Below are positions 1 to 12,896 of a stretch of 64,000 bases of DNA, one piece after another. The notes beneath the pieces are model-generated. The model did not search any database. It had not been told where the DNA came from and saw only the letters and a program-made list of their open reading frames with translations. Origin of the DNA: an uncultured Gemmatimonadaceae bacterium (GTDB lineage: Bacteria; Gemmatimonadota; Gemmatimonadetes; Gemmatimonadales; Gemmatimonadaceae); the NCBI GenBank assembly GCA_963829055.1, contig CAWHHI010000016.1:416001-480000 (forward strand), read 5' to 3'. A program made the position numbers and the translations under genes. The first letter of the stretch is position 1. Each line of letters opens with the position of its first letter.

Positions 1-1140
1 GCGCATGTGCACTTCTCGCGCCCCGGCCGCGCGAACCATCGCGACGAGGCCGCGCGTCGTCGTGCCGCGCACGATCGAGTCGTCGACCATGACGACGCTC
101 TTGCCGTCGAGCACCTCGCGCACGGCGTTGTACTTCACCTTCACCTTCGCGTCGCGGCCGGCCTGCGTCGGCTGAATGAACGTGCGGCCGACGTAGTGAT
201 TGCGGATCAGCGCGAGCTCGAGCGGAAGGCCGCGACTCCTCGGCGAAGCCGAACGCGGCGGAGTTCGACGAGTCGGGAACGCTGAACACGAGCTCGGCGC
301 TCGGGGCAGGGCACTCCTGCGCGAGTCGACGGCCGAGCGCGCGCCGCGCGCGATCGACCGAGCCGCCGAACACGCGGCTGTCGGGACGCGCGAAGTACAC
401 GTACTCGAACACGCAGCTGCGCGAGTCCTTCGGCGCGCGAACGGCATGATCGACCGCATCCCGCTGCGCGTCGACCGCGACGATCTCACCCGGCTCGACT
501 TCGCGCATCGACCGTCGCGCCGACGATGTCGAGCGCGCACGTCTCGGACGCGACGACGTACGCGCCGTCCGACGTTCGCCCGATCACGAGCGGACGCCAG
601 CCGCGCGGATCGCGCGCGGCGAGCAGCGTGTTCGCCGATCAGCACGAGCAGATCGAGTACGCGCCTTCGACGCCCTGCAGCGCCTCGGCGAGCTTGCTCT
701 CCGGGCGTCTCGGCGGTCGACTTGCGCGAGGCGATGCACGAGGACCTCGGAGTCCATCGTCGACGTGAAGATCGATCCCTGGTCCTCGAGCTCGCGGCGC
801 AGCTCGGTCGCGTTGGTGAGGTTGCCGTTGTGCGCGAGCGCGATGTGGCCGCCACGGAAGCGCGCGAGCACCGGCTGCGCGTTCTCGATCGTCGACGAGC
901 CGGCCGTGCTGTAGCGCGTGTGGCCGATGGCCAGCGACGCCGTCGAGCGATCCGACGGTGTCGCCGTCGAAGCCGTCGGACACGAGGCCCATCTTGCGCG
1001 CTGACGCGCGCCGATCCCGTCGTCATCGATGGCGACGATGCCGGCCGATTCCTGTCCGCGATGCTGCAGCGAGTAGAGGCCGAGGTGCACGACCGACGCC
1101 GCCCGCGGCAGACCCCTGAACGCCGAAATATGCCGCACAT
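1..1140 (-). CDS. purF: amidophosphoribosyltransferase (runs off window start; frameshifted)
   Basis: Starts ATG TGC GGC ATA (M-C-G-I, Ntn Cys). Motifs [34 protein letters not shown] across frames. Confidence 0.93.
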   Translation of the reverse strand, partial: MCGIFRRSGVCRGRRRSCTSASTRCSIADRNRPASSPSMTTGSARVSAQDGPRVRRLRRRHRRIARRRRWPSATRATARPARRRSRTRSRCSRASVAATSRSRTTATSPTRPSCAASSRTRDRSSRRRWTPRSSCIASRKSTAETPGEQARRGAAGRRRRVLDLLVLIGEHAARRARSARLASARDRANVGRRVRRRVRDVRARHRRRDGRCAKSSRVRSSRSTRSGMRSIMPFARRRTRAAACSSTCTSRVPTAACSAARSIARGARSAVDSRRSALPRAPSSCSAFPTRRTPPRSASPRSRGLPLELALIRNHYVGRTFIQPTQAGRDAKVKVKYNAVREVLDGKSVVMVDDSIVRGTTTRGLVAMVRAAGAREVHMR

Positions 1141-1143
1141 AAA

Positions 1144-3521
1144 TCAGCTGCTCTCGGTCGAAGGAGCATCGCGTCGGCCAGTGGCGTCGTCCGCCACGGC
1201 CACGCGGGTCATGATGGACGGAATCGCGTCGTGGTAGGCGCTGCGCAATCTGCTGCGACCGGCGCAACGAGCTCGCCGCCGCTGTAGCTGGATGCGGAAC
1301 GGCCGATCGGCCGCGCTCGACGACACCGATGCGCGTCGCACCGGAACGCCGTGCGCCGCGGCAATTCGCTCGACGTCTGCCGGCGAATCCGTCGAGACGA
1401 CGACGCGTGCCCTGCGCCTCGCCGAAGAGCAGCGCGCGGCGATCGAGATCTCCGGCCCACGACGACGAGATCGACGGTGGCGCTGAGCGGTCGCTCGCGG
1501 TTCGCCATCGCGCACTCGGCGAGCGCGACGGCGAGCCCGCCGTCGCTGCAGTCGTGCGCCGATGACACCACGCCGGCCTGAATCGCCTCGAGCAGCGCGT
1601 CGATCAGCGCGCCGCTCGGCCTCGAGGTCGCACGCGCGGTGGCGCACCGGCGGTGACGCCGTGAATCGCGCGCCAGATACTCGCGACGCGCCAAGCTCGC
1701 GACGTCGGCTCGCCGAGCAGGACGATCGCGTCGCCCGCCGTGCGGAACGTCGCGCGCGTGACGTGGTCGACGTCATCGACGAGGCCCACCATGCCGATGA
1801 CGGGCGTCGGGATACACCGCGCCGTTCGGACTCTCGTTGTACAGCGAGACGTTGCCGCCCGTCACCGGCGTGCCTAACGCCACACACGCCTCCGCCATGC
1901 CGCCGACCGCCTCGCGGAACTGGAAGAACACTTCCGGCCGCTTCGGATTGCCGAAGTTGAGGCAGTTCGTGATCGCCATCGGCCGCGCGCCGGTGCACGC
2001 CACGTTGCGCGCCGCCTCGGCGACCGCGATGCGGCCACCGACGCGCGGGTCGAGGTAGACGTAGCGGCCGTTGCAGTCGGTCTTCACCGCGAGCGCCTTC
2101 CGCGTGCCGCGCAGGCGAAGGACGGCCGCGTCGCCGCCGGGTCCGATCACCGTGTTCGTGCGAACCGTCGTGTCGTACTGTCGGTAGACCCACGCCTTGC
2201 TCGCGATCGTCGGCGACGAGAGCAGCTCGCGCAGCGTCCACGCGGCGTCGCGCTCCTCCGGCACGCTCCGGCGATCGCGTTCGACGTCGCGACGCGCGAA
2301 GCGCCACGATCGCGTCGCTCTCTCGCGCCTCGGGGTGATAGACGGGACAGTCAGTGACGAGACGCGAGCCCGGGAACTCGGCGACGACGCGATCGCCTTC
2401 GGTCACGCGATACACCGGCTCGGCGATGACCTCGCCGATGACCTCGGCGGTGAGATCCCATTTCGCGAGGATCGCCTTGACCTGCCGCCTCGTGTCCGCG
2501 ATGCGCGACGACGAGCATGCGCTCCTGCGATTCGCTGAGCAGGATCTCGTACGGCGTCATGCCCTCTTCGCGCACCGGCACCTTCGTCACGTCGATCGTG
2601 ACGCCAACGTCGCCGCGCGCCGCCATCTCCGCCGACGACGACGTGAGGCCGGCCGCGCCCATGTCCTGAATCGCGACGATGTGGCCGCTCGGATCAGCTC
2701 GAGCGACGCCTCGAGCAGCAGCTTCTCGGTGAACGGATCGCCGACCTGCACGCGCGGGCGCTTCGCGTCGCTCTCGTGTGAGAGATCCTCGGACGCGAAC
2801 GACGCGCCGTGGATGCCGTCGCGTCCCGTGCGCGCGCCGACGGCGATGATCGGATTGCCGACGCCCTCGGCCTTCGCGCGAATGAGATCGCGCTCGTTCA
2901 TGACGCCGACGCACATCGCGTTGACGAGCGGGTTGCGTCTCGTACGCCGGATCGAAGACGACCTCGCCGCCGACCGTCGGAACGCCGACGCGAGTTGCCG
3001 TAGTCGCCGATGCCCTTCACGACGCCGGCGAACAGGTAGCGCACGCGCGGGTGATCGAGCGATCCGAAGCGCAGCGAGTCGAGCATCGCGATCGGACGCG
3101 CGCCCATCGTGAACACGTCGCGCAGAATGCCGCCGACGCCGGTCGCCGCGCCCTGATACGGCTCGACGGCGGACGGATGGTTGTGCGACTCGATCTTGAA
3201 CGCGACGGCGAGGCCATCGCCGATCGGAATGACGCCGGCGTTCTCGCCCGGGCCCTGCAGCACGTACGGTGCCTTCGTGGGAAGCGTCCGCAGCAGCGGG
3301 CGCGAATGCTTGTAGGAGCAGTGCTCGCTCCAGAGCGCGCTGACGATCCCGAGCTCGGTGAACGTCGGCGTGCGGCCGAGCATGTCGACCAGGCGTTGGT
3401 ACTCGTCAGGCGTTAGGCCGTGCTCGGCGACGAGCGCCGGGGTGATGACGGGATCGCCAGGGCGGGGAAGTGCCGTCACGCGTTCCGCTACGTTCCGACT
3501 CGGTCTTTCTTCCGTTGCCAT
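1144..3521 (-). CDS. purL: FGAM synthase subunit PurL (frameshifted)
   Basis: [54 protein letters not shown] motifs in successive frames. Confidence 0.95.
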
Positions 3522-3560
3522 TGGCGCGCGAAAAGTTGAAGATCGTCTGGTCGACTGCGC

Positions 3561-4256
3561 TCAGACACCGACCTGGGCGAGCAGCGACTCGAACAACGCG
3601 ACACCGTCCGCGGATCCGACGACTTGCCTCGGCGGCGCGCTCGGGGTGCGGCATCAGACCGAGCACGTTTCCGCGTTCGTTGACGATGCCGGCGATGCCG
3701 CGCATCGACCCGTTCGGATCGTGCGCGATGGGTCGACTTCGCCCGTCGCGTTCACGTACCGGAACACGACCTGTCCGTTCTGCTCGAGTCGGTCGAGCGT
3801 CGCATCGTCGGCGGTGTAGCGGCCGTCACCGTGCGCGATCGGCAGGCGCAGCATCTGGCCGGCGTCGTACTGATTCGTGAAGCGCGTCTCGGTGTTCTCG
3901 ACGCGCACGCGGCAGAGCTCGCTCACGAACTGCAGGCTCGCGTTGCGCAGCAGCGCGCCGGGAAGCAGGCCCGCCTCGCACGCGATCTGAAAGCCGTTAC
4001 AGATGCCGATCACCGGACCGCCGCGATCGGCGTGCGCGATCACCTCTCGCATGATCGGCGAGAAGCGCGCGATCGCACCGGCACGGAGGTAGTCGCCGTA
4101 GCTGAATCCGCCCGGCAGGATCACGACGTCCACACCGCGCAGGTCGTGGTCCTTGTGCCAGAGGTACACGCCTTCCTGGCCGAGCACGTCGGTCACGGCG
4201 AGAAACGCGTCCTCGTCGGAGTTCGAGCCGGGGAAGGTGATGATGCCGAATTTCAT
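3561..4256 (-). CDS. purQ: FGAM synthase glutaminase subunit PurQ (frameshifted)
   Basis: [29 protein letters not shown] motifs. Confidence 0.95.
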
Positions 4257-4510
4257 GCCTGCTCCACGTTGGCGATCTCGAAGTCTTCCGTCACCGGATT
4301 CGCGAGCAGCTTCGCGCACATGTCGCGGACGACGCGCTCCGCGGACTGCGCTTCGGGCGCGTCGGCGTCGATGACGAGATGGCGGCCGACACGCACGTCA
4401 CGCACGCCGTTGAATCCGAGCGAATGCAGCGCGTCGGCCACCGCCTTGCCCTGCGGGTCGAGCAGGCCGCGCCGGGGAACGATGTGAACGGCGACGCGAT
4501 ATCGACTCAT
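4253..4510 (-). CDS. purS: FGAM synthase subunit PurS
   Basis: LDPQGKAV...[10 protein letters not shown]; about 85 aa, overlapping purQ start. Confidence 0.93.
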   Translation of the reverse strand: MSRYRVAVHIVPRRGLLDPQGKAVADALHSLGFNGVRDVRVGRHLVIDADAPEAQSAERVVRDMCAKLLANPVTEDFEIANVEQA

Positions 4511-5520
4511 GTTCGCGATCCTCGTGCTTGGGATTGGTGGGCAGGCGGATTCGGGACGATCGCCGCGGTGCCGGCGACGCCGACGCCGCCGTCGGTTCGT
4601 CGGCTCCTGACCGTCCGCTGCCTCTCCGTTGAGCGATGCGCCAGTCGGCAGCCCGCGGCCGCACTGCATCGCTCGTGTTCGGGGAGGTCGTCAGCGAGCG
4701 TTGGATCGACATCGGCTTCTTCCTCGAGGAATACCGACCGTCGGTCGGGAACATGATCGAGGAAGCCGAGAGCCGCCCACTTCACCGCACCGAACAGCAC
4801 GTAGGCTACCAATGCGGGAAAGATAAACTCGCGGGGAAGGAAGATGAGCCCGAGAATGCTGCCGACGACGATGCGACGTGCCCACGATCTGGCGCGTCGA
4901 CCGGTAGCCGATCGTCGGCACGGCCGGATACGGCACGTCGCTGATCATGAGGTACGCGAGGCCCACCATGAGCCAGCGCAGAATCGTGTGCCAGGGCAGC
5001 TCGGCGAGCGTGCGGTTGTCGGTGAAGAAGATGACGGTGTCGTTGTACAGCGACGTCTGGCTGAACCAGTAGTACGTCGCGAGCGTCATCCCGGCGGCGG
5101 GACTCGGCAGCCCGTGGAAGTGCGTCTTCGCCCGACCAGCCTGCTCGACGTTGAACCGCGCGAGACGAATCACCGCGCACGACGCGAAGATGAAGACGTA
5201 GATCCAGTCGTTGCCGTCGGTCTTGAGCGCGGCGAAGAACATGATGAGCGCCGGGCGCGAGCCCGAACGAGATGGCATCGACGAGGGAGTCGAGCTCCTC
5301 GCCGAACCGACTGCCGGTGCCCGTCGCACGCGCGATGCGACCGTCGAGCGAGTCGGCGACGCCGCCGAGCACGATGAAGAACGCCGCGGTGCCGAAGCGG
5401 CCACGCGACGCCAGCACCACGGCGTAGATACCGCAGAACAGATTGAACAGCGTGAAGCCGTTAGGCAGCAGCACGACCGCCCGCCGGACTTCGGGCCGGC
5501 GAAAGCGCGCGCGCGTTCAT
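4507..5520 (-). CDS. pssA: CDP-diacylglycerol--serine O-phosphatidyltransferase (frameshifted)
   Basis: LPNGFTLFNL, DSLDGRIAR...FGEELDSLVDAISFG (CDP-alcohol phosphotransferase motif), RLARFNV; adjacent to psd. Confidence 0.88.
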
Positions 5521-6172
5521 TTCGCTGGCAGCTCCGCGAGGACGGTTGTGCCGGCGACGGTGAGCTGTCGCCGACCTTGACGCGCACCTTGGACGCCGGC
5601 GGGACGAACACGTCGACGCGCGATCCGAACCGGATGATGCCCATCCGCTCGCCCTGCTCGACGCGTTCGCCCTCACGGCTGTAGGTGTGAATGCGCCGCG
5701 CGATGAGGCCGGCGATCTGACGCACGAGAATGCGCGCCCGCCCGCCTCGAGCCCGACCGACGTCTGCTCGTTCTCGAGACTCGATTCCTCGGCGGCGGCG
5801 TTGAGGAACTTGCCCGGGTTCCGGTGGACGTACTTCACGGTGCCCGACACCGGATACCGGTTCACGTGGACGTTGAAGACGTTCATGAAGATCGACACCC
5901 GCATCGCGCGACCGTGCACGAACGTCGGCTCGTCGACTTCCGTGATCATGACGACCTTGCCGTCGGCCGGCGCGATGATCAGCTGGTCGCCGCGCGCGCC
6001 GGTGCGCTCGGGGTCGCGGAAGAAGTACGCGACCCACAGCGCGACGAGCGTGAGCGACGAACGCGAGCAGCCACAGCGGCCACGAGCGGCGCGTGAGGGC
6101 AGCCGCGTACGCGGCCGCGGCGATCAGCGCCGCGACGATGATGAACGCGAGACCTTCGCGGGCGAAATTCAT
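5517..6172 (-). CDS. psd: phosphatidylserine decarboxylase (frameshifted)
   Basis: [33 protein letters not shown] self-cleavage motif. Confidence 0.92.
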
Positions 6173-7099
6173 GAGAGGTCAGCGATGTTCAGGTCGCTGC
6201 CCGTGATGCGCCGGAATGCGTCGAGATACCGCGTGCTCGTCGCGTTCACGACGGCCTCCGGCAGCGGTGGCGGCGGATAGTCTGCCCGACCACCGGCCGG
6301 CGACGTCGCTCGCGCGTCGAGGTAGTCGCGCAGCGGCTGCTTGTCGAAGCTCGGCTGCGACCGGCCCGGCGCGTACTCGTTCGCCGGCCAGAAGCGCGAG
6401 CTGTCCGGCGTGAGCACTTCGTCGACGATGATGATGCGCCCGTCGCGCACGCCGAACTCGAACTTCGTGTCGGCGATGATGATGCCGCGCGGCTCGGCAA
6501 TCACTCGGCCGCGCGCGTAGACCGTGCGGGTCAGCCGCTCGAGCTCGTCGGCGCCGCGTCCGCACCGACGATCGCCGCGCCATGCGCTCGATCGTGATGT
6601 TTTCGTCGTGCCCGGTCTCCGCCTTCGTCGCGGGGCTGAAGATCGGCGGCTCGAGCCGGTCGCTCTCCCGGAGGCCGGCCGGCAACGCCTCACCGGCCAG
6701 CGTGCCGTGCGCGCGGTATTCCTTCCACGCCGAGCCGGCGATGTAGCCGCGGATCACGCACTCGACGGGAAACACGTCGGCGCGCCACGCGAGCATCGCG
6801 CGGCCGCGCAGCAGGTCGCGGTGCACGTCGAGCGCCGGAACCTCCCGCACGATCTCGTCGACATCGGCCGAGATCATGTGGTGCGGCACGTCGGCTTCCA
6901 GCTGCCGAAGCCACCACGCCGTGAGCTGCGTGAGCACCGCACCTTTGTACGGAACCGTCTCGCGCATCACGACGTCGAACGCGCTCACGCGATCGGTCGC
7001 CACCACCAGCAGGCGATCCGCATCGACTTCATAGACGTCGCGGACCTTGCCGCGCCGCAGCACGCTGAGCGGGAGCGTGGTCGTCGCGACGCCGGTCAT
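6169..7099 (-). CDS. purC: SAICAR synthase (frameshifted)
   Basis: [39 protein letters not shown]. Confidence 0.95.
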
Positions 7100-8560
7100 A
7101 CGCGCACCTCGGCCACGTCCCGCAGGTCCACCGCGGGCGTGCCCGCGAGCAGCGGATCCACGATCTCGTCGAGGAACTCGTCGACCTGCTCGGCGGCGCG
7201 ACCGATGAACCGCGTCGGGTCCAGCGCGTCGCGCAGGTCGTCCGATCGGCACGCCGTACTCGGGGTCGCCGGCCAGGCGTTCGAGCATGTCGTTTCGCTT
7301 GTCCGTCGTCCTTCATGGCGCGGGCAGCCGCGACGCTGTGACGGCGAATCACTTCGTGTGCCGCCTGACGGTCGCCGCCCGCGCGCACCGCGCGCACGAT
7401 CAGGTCCTCCGTCGCCATGAACGGCAGCTCGTCGCGCGACGCGCTGGCGGATGCGCGCCGGATGCACCTCCAGGCCGCTCGCGATGTTCACCATGAGAAT
7501 CAGAATGGCGTCGGTCGGCGAGGAACGACTCGGGAATCACCAGCCGCCGGTTCGCGCTGTCGTCGAGCGTCCGCTCGAAGTACTGCACGCCGTGCGTCTG
7601 ATTGGCGTTAGGCTCGAGCGACCCGACGAACCGCGCGAGCGACGCGATGCGCTCGGCGCGCATCGGGTTGCGCTTGTACGCCATCGCCGACGATCCGATC
7701 TGCTCGGACTCGAACGGCTCCTCGATCTCGCCGAACGCCTGCAGCATGCGGATGTCGCTGCCGAACTTCGCCGCGCGACGCCGCGACGCCGGCGACGACG
7801 CCGAGCACCTGCGCGTCGAGCTTCCGCGTGTACGTCTGTCCGGTGACGGCGAGCGAGTGCGTGAAGTCCATCGCCGCGGTCACGCGACGGTCGAGCTCGC
7901 GGACCCGCTCGTGGTCGCCGTCGAACAGCTGGAGGAAGCTCGCCTGCGTCCCGGTCGTCCCCTTCACGCCGCGAAACGGCAGCGTCGCGCGGCGGTAGTC
8001 GAGGTCCATCGAGGTCGAGCACGAGATCCTGCATCCAGAGCGTCGCGCGCTTGCCGACGGTCGTGAGCTGCGCCGGCTGGAGATGCGTGTAGCCTAGCGT
8101 CGGCTCGTCCCGCCACTCGCGCGCGAACGCCGCGAGCGCGCGCAAGCGCGGTGATCAACCGCCCGCGCAGCAGATCGAGCCCGCGGCGCATGAGGATCAG
8201 GTCGGCGTTGTCGGTGACGAACGCGCTGGTCGCTCCGAGGTGGATGAACGGCTTCGCCGCCGGCGCCACGTCGCCGAACGCGTGGACGTGCGCCATGACG
8301 TCGTGACGGAACCGCCGCTCGTAGGCGGCGACCGCCGTCGAAGTCGATGTCGTCGAGATGCGCCCGCATCTGCGCGATCGCCTCGTCGGGAATCGGAACG
8401 CCGAGCGCCTGCTCGGATTCGGCGAGCGCGAGCCAGAGCTGGCGCCAGAGGCCGTAGCGCGTCGCGGCGGACCAGAGCCGTAGCATCTCGGCGCGACGCG
8501 TAACGCTCGGCGAGCGGGGAGCTGTATTGCGTGAGCCGTTGATCGATCGATGGTCGTCAC
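7096..8560 (-). CDS. purB: adenylosuccinate lyase (frameshifted)
   Basis: [46 protein letters not shown]. Confidence 0.93.
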
Positions 8561-9977
8561 TGAATCACGACGTCGTGTGTAGTAGACTGCGTCCGCCGCG
8601 CTCGTAGACGACGCGCATGGCCGAGCGGCCGGCGTACGTGTCGAGCGCGCTTCTGCACGTCGCCGGCGGACGCGATCGGCATACGGTTGATCTGCACGAT
8701 GACATCGCCCCGCTGAATCCCAATGTCGTTCGAGACGCGGTCGCTGACGTTGTAGACGACTGCGCCACTGCGGCGACCGAATGCCGCGTTCGGCGCGAAT
8801 GGCCGGTGTGAGCGTCACGAGCTCGAGCTCCTGCAGCACCGCGACCTTCGGCGCGCTCACCTCCGGCAGGTCCGCGACCTCGACGTTGACCGTCTGATTC
8901 TCGGCCACCGCGGCGGATGACCATCGGCACGCGATCGCCGACCCGGAGGTCGAGTCGTTCCGCTTCCCAATCGAATGCGTTCTTGAGCGTGCGCGTTCCG
9001 GCTCGCACGAGTCTGATCTCCCGGCTGAATGCCGGCACGCGCCGCAGGCGATCCAGGCACGACCGCGCTGACGATGACACCGGCGTTCAGCGCATCGCGC
9101 GGATTGTTCGCCGCTAGGCGGCTGCGACCTTGATGCCGATCCACGGCTGTCGCAGCCGCCCGTGCGCGACGAGATCCTCGGTCACGCGCTTCGCGCGATT
9201 GATCGGGATCGCGAACCCGAGACCCGACCGAGCCGCCGCTCGGTGAGTAGATCGATGCGTTGACGCCGATGACGACGCCGTCGGCGTTCACCAGCGGCCC
9301 GCCCGAGTTGCCCGGGTTGATCGACGCGTCCGTCTGGATCATGTCGACGTACGCGCCGCCGCCCTCGGCCTGGCCGATCAGGTTGCGCCCGGTCGCGCTG
9401 ATCACGCCGGCGGTCACGCTCGGCTCGGTGTTGCCAAGCAGGAACCCGTACGGGTTGCCGATCGCGATCGCCCACTCGCCGATGATGATGTCGTCCGAGT
9501 TGCCGAGCGGAGCGACGGGCAGGTTGCTTCGCGTCGATCTTCAGCACGGCGAGGTCGTTCTGCTCGTCGACGCCGAGCACCTTGGCCGGGAACGTCTTGC
9601 CGTCGCGCATGGCGACCGAGACTCGCGTCGCGCCGGCCACGACGTGCGCGTTCGTGACGATCGTTCCGTTTGGGTCCGTAATGAAACCCGATCCGAGTCC
9701 CGCACCGACGCGTTCACCCGACTGACGCCCGTGATCCAGTCGAACGGATCGACGGGGACTCGCTCGACGACCTCGGTCTGAACGGTGACGACGGCCGGTG
9801 CGACGCGAGCGACCGCTTCGGTGATCGCGGTTCGGCGTGACGCGGAAACGGACTGCGGCGCGGTCGCCGGTGACTTCGGGATCGTTGCGCGAGCTGAATC
9901 GGCCGGGCTCGCTCCTCGCACATCCAGTCGACAACGCGGCGGCGAGCGCCAGCGACGGTGAAGTGCTTCGCGAACAT
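8557..9977 (-). CDS. HtrA/DegP-family serine protease with PDZ domain(s) (frameshifted)
   Basis: [39 protein letters not shown]-like [10 protein letters not shown]. Confidence 0.88.
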
Positions 9978-10641
9978 TACTTGACTCTCGTGCGATGAGT
10001 TCGGCTGAGATCGGTGAGGAACTGATCGAGTCCCTCGATCTGTCAGCGGATGCAAGAGCAGGGCGCGCAGCACGTCACTCGACACGGCGATGGCGTCAGC
10101 ACCGGCGAGTGCACAGCCGGTGAACTGCGCCGCGTTGCGCGGCAGCGCGGCGAGTACGTCGCACTCCACGCCGTGCATCTCGAACACCTGATGGATCTCG
10201 GCGATCGTGTTCGACGCCGTCCTGACCCTGCGCGTCGATCTGATCGAGGTGGACGCACACCATGCCGGCACCCGCCTTCGCGGCGAGCATCGCCTGCGCC
10301 GCGTTGAACACGAGCGTCGCCGCGACGCGCACGCCCTCGGAGCGCAGCCGCTTCATCGCGTCGATCGCGTCTTCGACGAACGGGATCTGCACGATCACCG
10401 AATCGGACAGCTTCGCGAGCTCGCGCGCGTCGCGGTAGATGTCGTTCGCATTCACCGCGCCGACCGTCACGGCGACGGGGAACGTCGCCACGCGGCAGAT
10501 GTCGGCGAGCAGGTCGTTCGCGCCCGCGGGGTGAACCTGTGCCGTCAGCAATGACGGCGTCGTGAGGACGCCGTCAACGAGTCCGTGGCTGTGGGCCCAC
10601 CGAATGTCGTCGAGCTTTGCGGTCGCGATGAAGATTCTCAT
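9976..10641 (-). CDS. transaldolase/FSA-fold protein with degenerate active site
   Basis: Follows the TalC/FSA pattern throughout (DGVLTTPSL, VIVQIP, TLVFNAAQAMLAAKAGA, HPLTDRG) but catalytic residues are replaced. Confidence 0.8.
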
Positions 10642-11417
10642 TCGGCTGGCAGATACAGGTCGGGAGGGTACGTCACGCGATCGAGAAAGAGGCCGTGCGG
10701 CGGCGCGGGCGGTGACACGTCGTCGTTCGCGCCTGCGGCGAGGAGCCGATTCGACGACATCCTGCTCACGACGACCCGAGCTGACCTCGAGCAGCGTGCC
10801 AACGAGAAAGCGCACCATGTGGTGAAGAAAGCGATTCGCCTCGATCTCGAAGACGAGGCCGCCCGCGCGGTCTCGCCAGTTGGCCGAATGCACGATGCAG
10901 CGATGGTCATCGCGTGTCCGGCGCGGTGCCGCGGACCGCGAACGCGACGAAGCAATGGTCGCCGACGATGATACGCGTCGCGCGATCGAGCAGGGCGCGG
11001 TCGAGCGCGCGTGAGTACGGCCACTCGATGTGGCGGCGAAACGGCGAGCGGGCCTCTTCGTCAGTTCCAACGTAGTAGCTGTATCGGCGGGCGAGGGCGC
11101 TGTAGCGCGCGTGGAATTCGGGCCGCATGTCGTGCGCCGCGGCGACCCAAATGTCGCGCGGCAACAGTGCGTTCAGTGCGCGTCTCAAGTTCGCGGCGGA
11201 CCATCGTTCGCTCACCCGAACACCGACTGCCTGGCCGCGTGCGTGCACGCCCGGCATCGGTCCGACCCGCACCAAGAGCCGCGACGTGACCGCCTGTGAG
11301 GCGCGTCAACACCCGCTCCAGCTCGCCCTGCACGGTGCGCTCGTTCGGCTGACGCTGCCAACCCGCGAAGGCAGAGCCGTCGTAGTGCAGCACGAGCTGC
11401 ACGGTGCGCACTGTCAT
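10638..11417 (-). CDS. truA: tRNA pseudouridine(38-40) synthase (frameshifted)
   Basis: YDGSAFAGWQRQ, AGRTDAG, FHARYSA, NRFLHHMVR, APPHGLFL. Confidence 0.93.
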
Positions 11418-11424
11418 CGCTCGG

Positions 11425-11452
11425 AAACTAGCCCGACCCACCCCTCTGTCAA
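11425..11452 (-). promoter_or_regulatory. sigma70-like promoter for truA (TTGACA-16-TAGTTT)
   Basis: Perfect -35, -10-like hexamer 7 nt before the ATG. Confidence 0.55.
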
Positions 11453-11568
11453 GCAAATGGACGGGCGTCGAGCCGAAGGGCGGAAGCGATTGACTTTGCG
11501 AGACGTACGCCTCAACATTCGCGTCGCCGATCGAAGCGAATTCGCGCCCGCCGACGGCCTCCCACTTC

Positions 11569-12885
11569 ATGTCTTCGCGGAACCTTCCCTCGCTCGCGCA
11601 CGCCCTGAGCGTCGCGCCCGACTACGATGCTGCCCTGGTCGCACTCGGCGAAGGTCTCGCCGACGTCGACCGCACCGCACACCTCGGGCTGCTTCGCTAC
11701 GACGCGCGCCGGGAGATGCTGCGCGAGCGCCTGACGCCGCAACGGCGGGCGAGTCACGAAGACGCCAGTCGAGACGACGTTCGACCATCTGCCGGCGACC
11801 GATCCGCATGCAGGTCGCAGCCGGCGGGCAGTTCGTCGACCTCGGCGACCGATCGGCGGAGTACGCGCGCATGTTCAGCTTTCCGCCGTTCCCCGACGGC
11901 GGGATTCTGTCGCTGCGCGGCGTCCACGTCGACGGCTGTCTCGCGGCGGTCGTCGCGCTGTACGAGCAGAAGAAGATGTTCGGCACGCGGTCCGTCGAAC
12001 GCTTCGCGCCATTCGTCGCGTTGTTCGAGCTCGGGTACGCGCGGCTGGCCGAGCGCGAGGCGCGCGACGAGGCGGTGCGCACGCTCGAGGACGTCACGCA
12101 GCGCGTCCACGGCGAGTACGTGCGTCGGCTCGCGGAGCTCGAGCACGAGCTCATTCGCGCAAGGGACGAAGCCCGAGCGCCGACGAGCGATGAGGTGTCC
12201 GCTCGCATCGTCGCGCTCGAGCGCGAGGTCGCGAAGGCGAACGAGCAGGCGCGCAAGGCGAAGCGCCACTCCGATGAGATCGAAGGACACGTCACCGCCG
12301 CCGTGAGCCAGCTCGAGCAGGCGCACGTCGAGCTGCATCGACGCAGCGAGTCGCTTCGCCAGCGGACGCGAACGCTCTATCTCATCGAGCGCGTGCTCAA
12401 GCTCGACGCGACCGTCGCGGACCCCAGGCAGCTCGTCGACGGTCTGCTCGCACTCGTCGGCGACGACATGCAGGCGCAGCGCTGCTCGCTCATGCTCGTC
12501 GCCCCGGAGCCCGGGTACATCTTCCTGGCTGCGTCGCGCGGCCTCGCGCCGTTCATCGCCGAGGGCTCACGGATCAGGATCGGGCAGGGCGTCGCCGGCC
12601 GCGTCGCGCAGGCGCGCGAGCCGCTGCTCGTGCAGGACGTCAGGCAGGCGACGTCGCACCCGCTGCTGCTCGACCAGCATTTCACGACCGGCTCGTTCAT
12701 CAGCTTTCCGCTGGTCTATCAGGGTGAGCTGGTCGGCGTCGTGAACCTGACGAATCGCGCGCAGTACGGCGTGTTCGTGGACGAGGACCTCGAGCGTGTG
12801 CAGGCTCCTGGCGCTCGTCATCGCGCTCGTCGCCACGAACGCGTCGCTCGCGACGCGGCTCGTCGAGTCGATCGGCGCGCGTTAG
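11569..12885 (+). CDS. GAF-domain / coiled-coil protein (frameshifted)
   Basis: Long heptad coiled-coil, then a C-terminal GAF (GQGVAGRVAQAREPLLVQDV, SFISFPL, VGVVNL). Confidence 0.7.
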
Positions 12886-12896
12886 GCGTACGCCGA

